NCBI GenBank assembly: GCA_964036045.1
Contig: OZ038378.1
Location: 143,282,001 to 143,346,000 of the forward strand
Source: Eutreptiella sp. 'Long Island Sound 2002'
Lineage: Eukaryota; Protista; Euglenida
Direction: 5' to 3'
DNA: 64,000 bases
Shown here one piece after another: positions 23,040 to 34,746 of this stretch. The stretch's first letter is position 1. Each line of letters starts with the position of its first letter. The position numbers and the translations under genes were made by a program. Under the pieces are notes generated by a model. It worked only from the letters and a program-made list of their open reading frames with translations. It was not told the DNA's origin and did not search any database.

Positions 23040-23830
23040 GCACAAGTACCCTGTGGCCATGCACACCACAGCAATGTTTTTCCACCGCATATTCCCCACA
23101 TACACTCCAAGCTCAATTTAGAGGACCTGCCTCCAACCCCCTCAACTGTATGCACCATGTAAAGAGGGGGGGCAGCAAGGAATCAGACCCTCCATTCTGC
23201 TTACTAACTTATTTTCAAGATGCACAAGGGAGTGCCGTGTTGTGCAGGGCATCTTTACAGAACAGCCACTGAAGCAAAGGTGGGCATGAGCACGTCAAAG
23301 GCACATGGATCTCAAAATCCTAGCCACCAAGATGGATGCTCCCATTGCCAAATGCAACAAGGTTGAAAAGGTTGCATTTGAGTGTGCAGTGTCCAATGTT
23401 GGTCGAAACACTGCTGGCGTATGTTGAGCCGGGGCTATAGTCTCTCCTTGCACACACCCTTTGGTACCATTTTGTGTACAAGAACTTCAAATGGCTGCTG
23501 AATAGTGGTTTTTTCTTCTTGTTGTAGGCTGCTCTTGTGGCGCACCTACGGCAGGCAGGACTGGCCCCCAATTGATCAATCTCAGTCGCCAGCAAGCAGT
23601 CATCGATGCTGGCAAGAACTATCATAACCATTGATGTTGGCCCAAATGTTAGTTGTTGCAATTCCTATCGGCATCCGTGGTACCCTGTGTCATTCATTTT
23701 GGTGAGGGCTGTCACCACCCTACATATGCACCAATCTTTGGCAACACACCTTGAAGAGCAGAGGGAAGTTTGCTACTTGCTGGCATTTAACAATCGGCCC
23801 CTACATCAAAGTGCCAAAACTCGTACACAT
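23040..23830 (-). pseudogene. Reverse transcriptase-RNase H remnant (DIRS/Ngaro-like or Gypsy-like)
   Basis: Ordered, frameshifted motifs FWHFDVGA, RMPIGIA (~23657-23677), LASIDDCLLAT (~23600), YNKKK..F..LKFL (~23480-23525), then IELG..MRWKNIAVVC (~23060-23118), resembling RNase H. Confidence 0.5.
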
Positions 23831-24143
23831 GATGTGTGGGGGTGAAAATTGCTGCAGCAGTTGGTGCACTCCACCCTTGGGACCGCATCCCACGCACCCA
23901 ATCACCAAATTGGGTGAAAATACACAAAGAGGCCTACAACATGCTTTACATGGGATCCCCTGTATGGAACTCTTCTGTTTGGCAGAAAAAGAATGCAATC
24001 TGGTGCACAAGCCGAAAGCCACATCAACCCTCCAAATTTTTCAGTCGCCTGACATCCAGCATTCCAATCAGCTCAGATAGAGAGGAAGGCTGAAAGCACT
24101 AAGGTAATTGTGGATCTTAGTGCTGTCCCGATCACTGCTTCTA

Positions 24144-24379
24144 GCAGAGAGCCGTCTACATTGGTATTTTGCTCTTACAGTGTGCAGCAGGTTGCACCAC
24201 AAAAGAATATCCTCATCATTTGCAGAGAGCCGTCTACATTGATATGTTGCTCTTACAGTGTGCAGCAGGTTGCACCACAAAAGAATATCCTCATCATTTG
24301 CAGAGAGCCGTCTACATTGATATGTTGCTCTTACAGTGTGCAGCAGGTTGCACCACAAAAGAATATCCTCATCATTTGC
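24144..24379. repeat. 78-bp tandem triplication
   Basis: Units start at 24144, 24222 and 24300; copies 2 and 3 are identical and copy 1 differs at 2 positions. Confidence 0.95.
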
Positions 24380-25437
24380 GACTCTTGCCCTGTCAGACTT
24401 GATATGGTATGCCAAACTCCATGCGCTCCTACCATTGACTGTTGTCTGGCCAGACGTGTCCTCTAAAAATATCCTTCTGCCCTGGGACTGCGAATGCCAT
24501 GCGATTTAAAAAGAGCACCCCATCAGAGCACGGACTTCTCCTTTGGCCCTGTGAACACTGGCAGCCCAATTTCCCAGTTTGGGCAGAATGCATCGATACA
24601 ACCAGTGAAAGCCACGCGCTGTGTCCGGGGTGTGTCCTCTCTCCTCACAGCACCGGTGCACGGGCAATTGGCGCCATGGCACTGCGTGGCAAAACGCGGG
24701 ATGCGATGGCAAAGCAGGAAGAGTCTCTTCCAAAGTTACCAAAGATCTGTCACACAGACAGCATGCTGCACAGAGGCTTGCTTTGACATGGTCACAATAT
24801 CCCAAGTGCTGATAGTCCACGATCCCCCCCCCCCTACCCTGGGGCCGAAAAGGGACTTGGTCCATAGGCCACTGTCCCCATGGACACCCCCCCCCTACCC
24901 CCCTCTGAGCAAATGCAGTCCTGCAGAGTTGCAATGGCGTGTTCTTCAATTGATGAATTGATAGCAGAGCCCACAGCTGTTTCTTCCCCGTCAATCTCTG
25001 ATGGCCGTCTTTCGCATAATGTGAATTGCGATCTGACATGCGCGGCAACGATTTTAGGCGACACCCAATCTGCCCTCTCCGTATTTAGAACAGCACCATC
25101 AGCGCCACAATGGTTGCCGCGTGTTGGGCAGGCCGTGGACAATCCAGATGGTGTCATCATAACTTTGAGGATACCCATGCCTCCACCCCTTCAAAAACAC
25201 GTCCACAATGGTTAAGAAGAAATGTGCGGTCAGTGGAGTTTGCATCACAGCGCCTGTGCAGGTATGAAAAGGGGGGAAATGCACAACAGAGGGGACAGCA
25301 ACAACGTACTGGCCTCCGCAATTATATATCTTGGGGATCCACACTAAATACAATACAATGAAATTTGGCTCACAATTTGACACATACTTCACTGTTTTTG
25401 GGATACACTCAATCTGAGATTTCTGATCTACACTGCC

Positions 25438-25652
25438 CAGGGGCGGATTGAAAGGGGGGGAGGTAACCCCCCCCTCCCTCCAGGGCACGCAGCCTACGCC
25501 CAGCCATTGGTTCCCTGACGGCAAGGGCCATCCTCAATGGCATTTGTAACCGACAGTACCCGCACCTAACCGCTTTGGCAACGTCCTGCAACCGCCTGTC
25601 TAACCGCCACTGGGGCCACCTCTGAGGTCCCTTTCCTTCTAATGCATCCCTG
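25438..25652 (+). mobile_element. hAT-type MITE family B, copy 2
   Basis: CAGGG...CCCTG termini with a perfect 8-bp TSD ACACTGCC (25430-25437, 25653-25660). Confidence 0.85.
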
Positions 25653-25743
25653 ACACTGCCTCACGGCTTTCCCAAAAGCCGTGCCTCAAGCGCAGCGGTG
25701 AGGGCCATCACGCATATGGACACAGCCAAGGGCAACAACATAC

Positions 25744-25803
25744 AGTGGGATATCCGTCACATCCCAAGAAACGAGGGAGGTGCCGCACGCGAAACAGGTG
25801 CAT
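25744..25803 (-). CDS. BIR gene exon 2 (R|CTCFACGTSLVSWDVTDIP|L)
   Basis: Acceptor ttcctctcgcag| and donor CT|gtatgt; 60 nt, phase 2 to phase 2. Encodes the CxxC and W-x3-D-x-P core of a BIR domain. Confidence 0.9.
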
Positions 25804-25942
25804 CTGCGAGAGGAAGGGGCCAGGACACAGAGGGCCGTGCCAGAGGCGGGGACTGTGCATGGGATGAGGAGGGGCCAGTTCATGGAGGGTGCTGGAACTG
25901 CAGCGCGCGTGCACCGCGTGCATCAGAGGGCGTGGCGTTGTA

Positions 25943-26166
25943 CCCTGCCCCCCCCCCTTGAAATCTCCCCCCTTTTGTTGGGACGCCCCCCCCCGTGGGG
26001 GGGGGGGGGGCGCACCACAAATGTGTACCATAGTATCACAGTACAAATCATCTTCGGCGCCTTGTAAAAAGTTTCTTCCGCGCCTGTTATTTCCTATGCT
26101 TTCTGGGCGAAGGTGACGGTTCCCCCCCTGGGGGGGGGGGGGGTGGATTTCAAGGGGGGGGCAGGG
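25943..26166. mobile_element. Small C-run/TTGAAATC TIR element
   Basis: ccctgccccccccccttgaaatc versus gatttcaaggggggggcaggg; TA on the left only. Confidence 0.55.
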
Positions 26167-26668
26167 GAGGGTGAAGTGTTCAGGGAACGCACACCGTCTT
26201 TGAAGGGAGGGAGGGACACAGTGACCTAGGGAGTCTGCACGCTCTCCTTTACCCCAAAGAGCTGATGCCTAAGGTGTTGCTGGTTGCAGCCGCCTGCGCC
26301 CCCTGCCAAGGCGGCCGGATGGAGGAGGGGCCACAGCTCTCGCAGCCCAAGGAAGGAGGGAAAAAGGCATGCATTCACGATGTGATACGATGTGTGGAGG
26401 TCTACATTGAATGATTGTGTTTCGAAGAGCAGCATCAAATATCGGGGCAGTTCATTGGCTAATGGCCATGAACAAGTGCCTACATTGTGTACTTGTTTGC
26501 TCCAACGGGGAAGGGGGAGCTTTGTTTGCTCCAAGGGGGGGGGGGGCAGAGCGTGCCCACAAGTGCACATCACATGACTTCATTTGTTTTCACAAACCGT
26601 GAAGATCAACACAGGGGTAGTGTGTGCCCTGTACGCCCCCCGCATGCCATTTTGGTGCAATCATCATC

Positions 26669-26830
26669 CATTTATCAACACACCCTTTGGGGCGGCTGTG
26701 GTCCAGCAAGTGCACCTCTCGATCATCCACCTTCCAACGCAGTAGTCTGCCCCACACACGCAGTGCCTTGTTGTACCCTGCTGGGCAGTGGAATGCCCAG
26801 TGCCAGTGCCCCACTTGCTCTTGAATGTGT
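26669..26830. repeat. Dispersed module shared with 37453-37619
   Basis: About 80% identical by eye (e.g. tgccttgttgtaccctgctgggcagtg..cccagtgccagtgcccca). The minus strand gives W.+LL...VDD.+VHLL.H...KGC.DK in both copies. Confidence 0.75.
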
Positions 26831-27587
26831 GTTTTTTTTTGCACCAGAAAATGTCATGTTTCTTGTGTGATTGGCCCTCGCAGATTTGGTGCGTTCTGTG
26901 CTCCGCGTGGAACGGCTTTGGGGTTCATGTGATGGGGAGGGTGGCAATTCTCTGGTCCGATTGAGGGCTTTGCCAGGGGACGGTAACTCTCTGCACAACA
27001 GTTTTCATAACATTCACCTCAAAGTGCTGCACTGGGGACTCCAAAGCAGACACGACTGAAGCAGCTACGTAACCCTTGCTAACTGGGGTCTCCACCGCAA
27101 CGAGGACTACAATGGCTACGCACCCCTTTGCCGTGCCAAGGACACCAAAGCGGAGAGGACTCAAGTGGCTACTTGACCCTTGCCGTATTGGGGGCTTCCA
27201 AACGGAGAGGATTGAAAGGGCAACACATGCCTCAAATCCACAAGCGACCTTTGCCGTCGGCGGGTGCTGGAGGCCATCTCCGGGGGAATCCTTGCAGTGC
27301 GCGCGCACTGCGCGCTACTTTTAGACTAAGTTCCCCCCAAAGAGCCCCCAGACACCCCTTGGAAACGCCCTTAGAATTAGGTGACCCAAACTGCCCCAGC
27401 TCAAGAAAGTTGCAAACTACCTTCCTTTCAAATAACACACATCATCATGCACAACTGGAAAAGCCATGAACAGCGCATTGGCCGCCACCCTCAACAACAC
27501 ACAACTGTCTTTTTGTTCCATTGTCAAGTAAGTACACATTGAGAATATGCAACTTGTGTGTGTGCACAACATGACACAGTTGCAGAA

Positions 27588-28772
27588 TTAAAGAAATGTC
27601 ACATTGTCACATGTGTGTGTGTCAATGCAATCCGTACAATATTGCAGTTCACACTTGTCACACATGGACATCTTTTCAGGGTCAGACTTGGTGCAACAAA
27701 GGGCACATACATCCCCATCCTCACCCACAACATCCTCATCATCATTGTCCTCCTGTGTAGGTGCGGTCCATACATGTGCAGGTACGTGTTCCCACGCACC
27801 ATATGGAGGGTACCGTACCTATCTTCGAATGAAAAATTGCTGCAAATGCAAGAGTACACGCACGTATTCATGCAACTCGGTACCGGATCCCCTCCATATG
27901 TTCCTTACGATGCCCCGGTGCCACATGCGTGCAAACAAGTGCTCAATACGTGCCCTATAGAAACCATGAACATCATTGTACTCCTTTTGTCGCTCGGTCA
28001 ACGTCTTTCGACCGATAAATGGCCATGCCACATGGAGGCGCCCCTTGTATGGACCATCCATGGAGCCAATCTCATAATCCATATAATGCCCCTTGCTCCT
28101 TTTCGGCCCTTCGCGATCCCAAATGAGAACATCCGCCGATGTCCGGGGGGCCAACGGACAAATCCAAGCAATGTTACCAAGACTATCAATGGCAACCGTA
28201 ACTTTATATACGCACCCGGCGTATTTGGGATTAAACACAACATCCCATAGGATGCCTCCTATGGAAGCAATGGGCACGTTGTCCACGTAATGCGTCACAA
28301 AATACAAAAAGTGTGGGATGTGGTTCCACTCCGACAATCTTTCCGCCCATCGAATTTCAGTGACAACACCATTCAAGTAAGAATGAGCACGATGCACACT
28401 TGCCCACTAGGCCTCCTCAGAGCACCCCGTTGTTCTAGAGAGGAGATGAGCACACCTATGAGGTGGAGTGTGCTTAAGGAAGAAAAACTCCAACCCAAGG
28501 GGCCACGCAACAAAGCGTGGATTTTGAGTCCCTAACCCCAACTCAAGGGGCCACGCAACAAAGCGTGGATTGAGAGTCCCTAACCCCAACTCAAGGGGCC
28601 ACACAACTAAGCGTGGATTGCGAGTCCCTCACCCCAACTCAAGGGGCCACGCAACAAAGCGTGGATTGCGAGTCCCTAACCCCAACTCAAGGGGCCACGC
28701 AACAAAGCGTGGATTGGATAATTGGCCCGGTTTCCTCAATAGCACCGGAAGGTTGGCTGCATCACCCCTCAT
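27588..28772 (-). pseudogene. DDE_Tnp_4-type transposase with C-terminal Cys-rich zinc finger; 3 in-frame stops, no frameshift
   Basis: One frame from ATG 28772 to TAA 27588 (395 codons) with TGA 28629, TAG 28407 and TAG 27819. Motifs VDNVP, KY..YKVTVAIDSLGNI..I.P, MDGPYKG, LT.RQKEYN...RARIEHLF (D-D-E). The C-terminus is CALCC..CDKCELQYCTDCIDTHTC. Confidence 0.85.
28491..28716. repeat. 48-bp tandem repeat x4.7 inside the transposase N-terminus
   Basis: Unit caactcaaggggccacgcaacaaagcgtggattgcgagtccctaaccc; starts at 28491, 28539, 28587, 28635 and 28683. Confidence 0.95.
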
Positions 28773-30617
28773 AACCGCCGCCTTCTGAGGGATCCCATAG
28801 GGGTAGGGATCGGAAATAGCCAAAAAACATGCCCTGTGCGCGCCTAACGCTCCCTCCTAGAAAAGAGCGGATGTGGTGGAGATGAGCAAAAAAGTGTGAA
28901 AAGGCGTGGAAGTGGGTGAAATTGGGTGAAAATCCAAAAATGCCATATCCCCAATGTGGAAAAAGCATCAAAACCTACGCAACGGGGCAACAATGATGCC
29001 CCTAGTATCTCAAAGCATGGGTCTCCAGTACGACTAGACGCCCAAATAGCTGCACTGCGCTTAAGGCGCCCCCTCTGGCAACGTTGCTTGTATTTTGGGC
29101 CGCCAGGTAACGGCCAGAATTTCCGCCGTTTTGCTTGCCCGCCCACCCTACCATCTTGAATTCCTGCCGCCTTGGCCAGCAACTTGGCCACCGAAATGCC
29201 TGCCGTTCGGTGTTGGCAATGCTAACCACATATCATTGCCAACAAAACAGCATAAAAAGCTCGTTTGTGAACATGCAAAAAAAAAAAATGGGGGCAGTAA
29301 TTGTTGTACACGGTCTGCATTCAGTTTTGAGGGCCTGTCAGCGTTCCTGTCTGGTGCTTGCCTGTGCCTGGGTGCAAAAGGTTGCAAAAAGCCACGGACA
29401 TCAAAACAAGTGGTTCAAACACAATCATGAATCATAGACCTACGGTGCAGTGCAGTCTGCCTGAAACTTGACCAGAACAGGCGAAGACAAACCCAAACCA
29501 TCAACCAAACGGCCAATTTTCAACAAAAAAAAAATACGGTTCCGGACCCCCCTCCCACATCTCCGAAGAGCGCTTTTTGAGGGCTTTCTAAATATACCCC
29601 ACATACCCCCCCCACCCTACCGCACACTCAGTGGACACAAACGAGGCAACCATGGCACCCGACCCCTGAAAACGCTCGGTGTTGGCACCTTTAGTACCAA
29701 TGCCGATAGATAGCGGGGACCACAAAGTGGAGGGGACTTACGATGGTGGTGCAACCCTCGCCACATCGGGGACTGCAAAGTGGGGGGAGATGGAAGTTGC
29801 TGTGCACCGGCTGCCGTATCAGGGACTCCACAAGTCAAAGAGGACTGAAGTGGCTGCATAAGTGTGGCCATAGCATCGCCTCCAAAGCGGAGGGCATGAT
29901 ACAAGGTTTTCAAGCTCCTCACAGCCCCTACGGCCCCTTAAGCTTGGATCCGAGCAACTCACAGGTCTCATGTGCATGACAATGCGCATACGTATGCACA
30001 TGGCACTTGTCGGTGCTGGCACTCATCCGGACCTCTCCGTAACAACAACACGTTCCCTTGTCATCCACCATCAAAGCTACTCCTTCATACACCACCACCC
30101 ACACCCACATCTCCACCAATGGGGACCTCCTCGTCTTCGTCCTATTCACCCTTCCTACGCCTCTATGCCCCCCCCCCCCCCCTTCGGTACCGAGGCCTTG
30201 TGCCAACCCCCCCCCCCCCCCCTCGGTCGTTGACGTCCGTACTCTGAGCATTGAAATGGGAGGACGCGCACCTGCCAACGCCTGCGGCCAATGGCTTCAG
30301 GTCGGGCAGGTGCTGTAATCTGGCTTGTGGGGACGGTGCTTCCTTGTCCCCAGAGTGCGAGGCCACCTGAGCTGATTTGGGCTGTGGCCTACCGTCTGAC
30401 GGGGCATTCCAAAATGGAGTGAAGTGGCTGTGCAACCCCTGCCACATCACCGGCCATCCGACTAAAATCCTCTGCCACATGATCTCCGCACTGCGCCTGC
30501 GCTGCACATGCACCACGTCCGAGCCCCCCCCCCCCCCCCCTGTGGTCGTGTGATGCAATGCAGTCGCGTCGCACACCCAACGCCCCGTGCCTGCGCGCAT
30601 CGATGCAGGCAGCACAC

Positions 30618-30757
30618 CTGTCAGGATTGTCTGGGGTGGGATTGTGAAAGAACCCAGCCTGGGCCAATTTCGGAGGGGTGGCGGTCTTCGAGGTGGTGTG
30701 CGGCCAGTTTCTGAAGGTTTTCAAGCGGGCAGCCTCATTACTGTAGATGGATGACAT
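30618..30757 (-). CDS. BIR gene exon 1 (MSSIYSNEAARLKTFRNWP...TPPKLAQAGFFHNPTPDNPD|R), survivin-like
   Basis: Canonical BIR N-terminus (RL.TF..WP; TP..LA.AGF). Donor AG|gtgtgc after 30618. An acceptor ttttttcaaag| at 30769 lies 12 nt upstream of the ATG and adds IDVW in frame. Confidence 0.9.
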
Positions 30758-30884
30758 CCAGACATCAATCTTTGAAAAAACACTGGGTAGCCCGTGTTAA
30801 TGGGTGCGTTGGACCTGACGGAAAGACGTGCGCTGGATGACACCTGGCACATACTCTGCAGAACACATTCCTCCTTTGGAGAGA

Positions 30885-31990
30885 CTAACCCTGACCCTGA
30901 CCCTGACCGTAACCGTAACCCTAATCAAGACTGAATATTGGGACCGAGCTGGTGGGGGAAGGAACATTAGATATGAATGGTGAGGGACACCAATGAGTCA
31001 CACATTGACGGCCGTTGACAAAGTGAAATCAGCTTGCAAGTGATCCCCTTCACCACAAGGCCCACTTTCAAGGCTTTTGTGGACTTGTGAAGGGCCAAAA
31101 TGCCCCAAAATGGCCTCAACATGGGCTCATTTCACCCGTTTGGCCACCCCAAATGGTGTAGGATGAGTTTTGGAAAAATGCGTTTTTGACCCATTATTGA
31201 CCCATTTTTGGTCCCAAAATAGCGCATCTTCAAGGCATTTTGGGATTTTCGGAGGACCAAAATGGCCCACCACAAGCTCAAAACGGTCCAAAAACACTTG
31301 TTTTAGCATCACACATGGTGTACGATCATTTTTGAGAAAACTCATCTTTTTGCCCCTATTGGATTATAGTGACCCATTTGGGCACCCACTTGTTTGGGCT
31401 TGAGCTTGCAGCTTACCGCCGTCTAGTGGACCTAGGTATTGGGGTCTAGGCGTCCATTTGGGCAATTCTGAGGGGTGGAAACCTCAAAACACGGGGGGTT
31501 GCGGGTGGAGTAGGTGCCCTCAGAATCGCATTTTGAGCCATGTAGCCCAAGATATGGCCTATTCTTGGTTTGTGGCTGCCGCCAGCCAATCTGCACAAAA
31601 TTTGGGGCTTCTGGGGGCCTTTTTGGCCGTTTCCGGGACATATGGTGGAGTTAGAGGGCCGCAAAGGATTCGTTGACATGGAAAGTCAAGACGCACATGG
31701 AGTGTACCCACCGTTTCCCTTCGTTTGGCCGTTTTGAAAGGGTTGTAGGGCTGTTTTGGCCCAAAAATGGCTGTTTTTGACCCTAAATTGCAGTTTTTGA
31801 AACTGAGGTCCGCCACTTGCGACAACCGTTCCTGGCCGCCACCGTTGAGTTTCTGGCTCATACTTGGTGTGGTTGTTCCTCACACCCATAGGTATCATCC
31901 ACCAAAATTTCAGCCGAATCCGAAGCACCACGACGGAGTTCTGATTTTTACCCATTTCGCGCGTGCTGCTTGCTGCTTGCTGCTTGCTGC

Positions 31991-32034
<44 letters not shown>

Positions 32035-32103
32035 AAACCTGGTAGGTCCACCCTAGACCCTAAAAAGGGTTATAAAACCAAGACTGGTTCCACCAGCTCG
32101 GTG
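30885..32103 (+). mobile_element. 1.2-kb repeat unit 1, starting with telomeric-like (CCCTAA/CCCTGA)n and carrying a (CTG/CTTG)n tract
   Basis: Near-copy at 32104-33300 and a 5' partial copy at 45365-45625. Subterminal 13-bp inverted repeats accgagctggtgg / ccaccagctcggt. Confidence 0.8.
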
Positions 32104-33300
32104 ACCCTAAACCTAACCCTGACCCTGACCCTAATCAAGACTGAATACTGGGACCGAGCTGGTGGGGGAGGGAACATCAGCTATGCCTGGTGAGGGACAT
32201 CAAGAATCATTCACACATTGATGACTCTTGACAAAGTGAAATCAGCTTGCAAGTGAACCCCATCACCACAAGGCCCACTTTCAAGGCTTTTTGGACTTCT
32301 GAGGGGCCAAAAATTCCCCAAAATGGGCTCAAAATGGGCTCATTTCACCCGTTTGTGCACCCCAAATGGTCTAGGATGAGGTTTGGAAAAATGCATTTTT
32401 GACCCATTTTTGGTCCCAAAACAACCCATTTTCAAGGCATTTTGGAATTTTCGGAGGACCAAAATGGGCCACCACAAGCTCAAAACGGTCCAAAAACACT
32501 TGTTTTAGCGTCGCACATGGTCTAGAATCATTTTTGAGAAAAGTCATCTTTTTGCCCCTACTGGACCCTGTTGACCCATTTGGGCACCCACCTGTTTGGG
32601 CTTGAGCTTGCAGCTTGCCGCAGCCTACTGGGGCTACGTATGGGGGTCTAGGCGTCCGTTTGGGCAATTCTGAGGGGTGGAAACCACAAAAAGTGGGGCG
32701 TTGCGGGTGGAGTAGGTGCCCTCGGAATCGCATTTTGAGCCATGTAGCCCAAGATATGGCCTATTCTTGGTTTGTGGCTCTCGGCATTTGAAGCTTCTGG
32801 GGGCCTTTTTGGGCCGTTTCCGGGACATATCATGGAGTTAGAGGGCTGCAAAGAGCTCGTTGACACGGGGAAGTCAAGCCGCACGTGAAGTGTACCCACC
32901 GTTTCCCTTCGTTTGGCCGTTTTGAATGTGTTCCCGGGCTTTTTTGGCCCAAAAATGGCTGTTTTTGGCCCTAAGCTGCAATTTTTGAAACTGAGGTCCG
33001 CCACTTGCGAATCCCGTTCCCTGCCACCACCGTTGAGTTTCTTGCTCAAACTTTGTGTGATTGTACTTCACACCCATAGGTATCATGCACCAAAATTTCA
33101 CCCGAATATGAAGCCCCACGACGGAGTTCTGATTTTTACCCATTTCGCGCGTGCTGCTGCTTGCTGCTTGCTGCTGCTTGCTGCTGCTTGCTGCTGCTTG
33201 CTGCTGCTGCTGCTAAACCTGGTAGGTCCACCCTAGACACTAAAAAGGGTTATAAAACCAAGACTGGTTCCACCAGCTCGGTGACCCTAACCCTAACCCT
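32104..33300 (+). mobile_element. 1.2-kb repeat unit 2, head-to-tail with unit 1 and ending in (CCCTAA)n
   Basis: Colinear with unit 1 with small indels; the last 17 nt are accctaaccctaaccct. Confidence 0.8.
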
Positions 33301-34362
33301 GCGTGCTGCAGGGCGTGTGGTCTGGGGGGAGCGCCACGGAAGCGGGGGGAGGGGGGGGGAGGGGATTAGGAACGGCGCAGGGTGCAGTTCTGAGGGTGAG
33401 ACTGGAAGGTCTAATGGCACTCCCCTGCCAGCCAACACAGTCCACAGTCTCCCCCAGATCGTGGGCATTGGAGGGTGCTCCCAGACTTTCGGTTGCGGAG
33501 AAGGGGGGGCTGGTTTGCTCAAGCTCAGCCAGAAGAAGGTTGAAGGGGGGGGGGGGGGACTGGGAGGGTGGCTGTCCAGGGGCACCGGGGGGGGGGCATA
33601 GTAATCAGTTTCAAATCACCAGACTTGAATTTTGTTTCGTGCATTCGCCAGTCCTGGGTTCTTCTTTCAGGGAGCGGGATAATGGCCACGCCACAGTCCG
33701 TAATGGTTTCACTTGCTGGTCTGTCTGGGGCTGTTTCACAAAACAGGCCCCAAATTCCCAGTCGAGGTATCACAACCATCAGGGCATGCCTTCCGCCCAC
33801 GCGTCTGTGCGCCCCATTCTCACATCACTTTCTGCATCTCCACACAACGAACTACATGCATGCATCATGTGTCACTCTCTCATCCTCATCATCTATTCTA
33901 ATATGCTGCTGTCTGTCCCACTTCCCTGCGCTCTTTCTCTGTCGTGTTCTCTCTCACACACAATCGCAGATGGAGCCCAAGAGGAGGAAACGGCTCAGGG
34001 CAGGGCATGCATGGGGATGAATGGGCAGTCCGTTTCAAAGCACCAGACTTAATCAGTTCCCCAATATTGTATCCGTTGGCACTGCAAACACTCTGCGCCC
34101 ATGCCCTCTGGCTGCCATTGTTTGATTGTTTGGTCATCACTCGACGTTTCAGTTGAGCATCAAACGAAGCAGGACGCTTCATCATGGATGCTCTGCAAAG
34201 TGAAAGTACGGACAACACTTTTTGTTTGCACAAAATACTTATGTGACGACTTAAATTGTGCACTTTTTGCTGCTTGTGAATGCCACTTCACAAAAATGAC
34301 AACTTTGCACCTCTGACCAACTAGCAGTTACAAATGGGGAGTAAATTGGACTTGAAAATTTG

Positions 34363-34746
34363 CCCCCCCCCCCCCTTGCGCAAGCACGGCCGCGGTCCCA
34401 GAAGTCAGGCCAAAACGGCGGTTCAACGCCCACCCCGTGCTTAGACAAGGCCGTGCATGCGCGTGACACATGTGACGGCCAGCCCGGAATAATATTGTTA
34501 GCCATGGCTGAAAATCACATCAGCACGAGCAGCATGGGGTTCCAATGTATAGTACAATGTTGTTATGAACAGAATGCACCATCACAGACATGAACGAGCA
34601 CCTCTTTCCCTGTACAAACGCTCTACAGACACCCAATCCTCCATTCTGCACCACAAAAACAGCGGTCCCAAAATTTCCTCAAAACGGCGGTTCAACGCCC
34701 ACCTCGTGCTTAGACAAGGCCCTGCATGCGCAAGGGGGGGGGGGGG
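34363..34746. mobile_element. C-run/TTGCGCA TIR MITE with internal direct repeat
   Basis: C13-ttgcgcaagcacggcc versus ggccctgcatgcgcaa-G13; flanks TG / TA; ~70-bp direct repeat at 34392-34462 and 34662-34731. Confidence 0.7.

Larger units (their letters stand above)
27282..28856 (-). mobile_element. PHIS-superfamily (ISL2EU/PIF-Harbinger-like) DNA transposon, near full length
   Basis: Termini gggggaatccttgc..gcgcgc..gctactttt (27282) and atgccc..gcgcgcctaacgctccctc (28856) are homologous to the termini of 38062-38754; encloses a DDE transposase. Confidence 0.75.

Noticed and set aside
27588-28772. Stop-codon reassignment or readthrough suggested by three in-frame stops without frameshifts
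   Set aside because: The stops are of two types (TAG, TGA), one lies in a variant minisatellite unit, and ordinary point-mutation decay explains them.
30885-33300. A true chromosome end
   Set aside because: Telomeric tracts are only 2-6 units, include CCCTGA/CCGTAA variants and are embedded in a dispersed element with unique DNA on both sides.
33970-34320. Gene start MEPKRRKRLR after a pyrimidine-rich acceptor
   Set aside because: Stop after 16 codons and several more downstream; at most a decayed transposon ORF.
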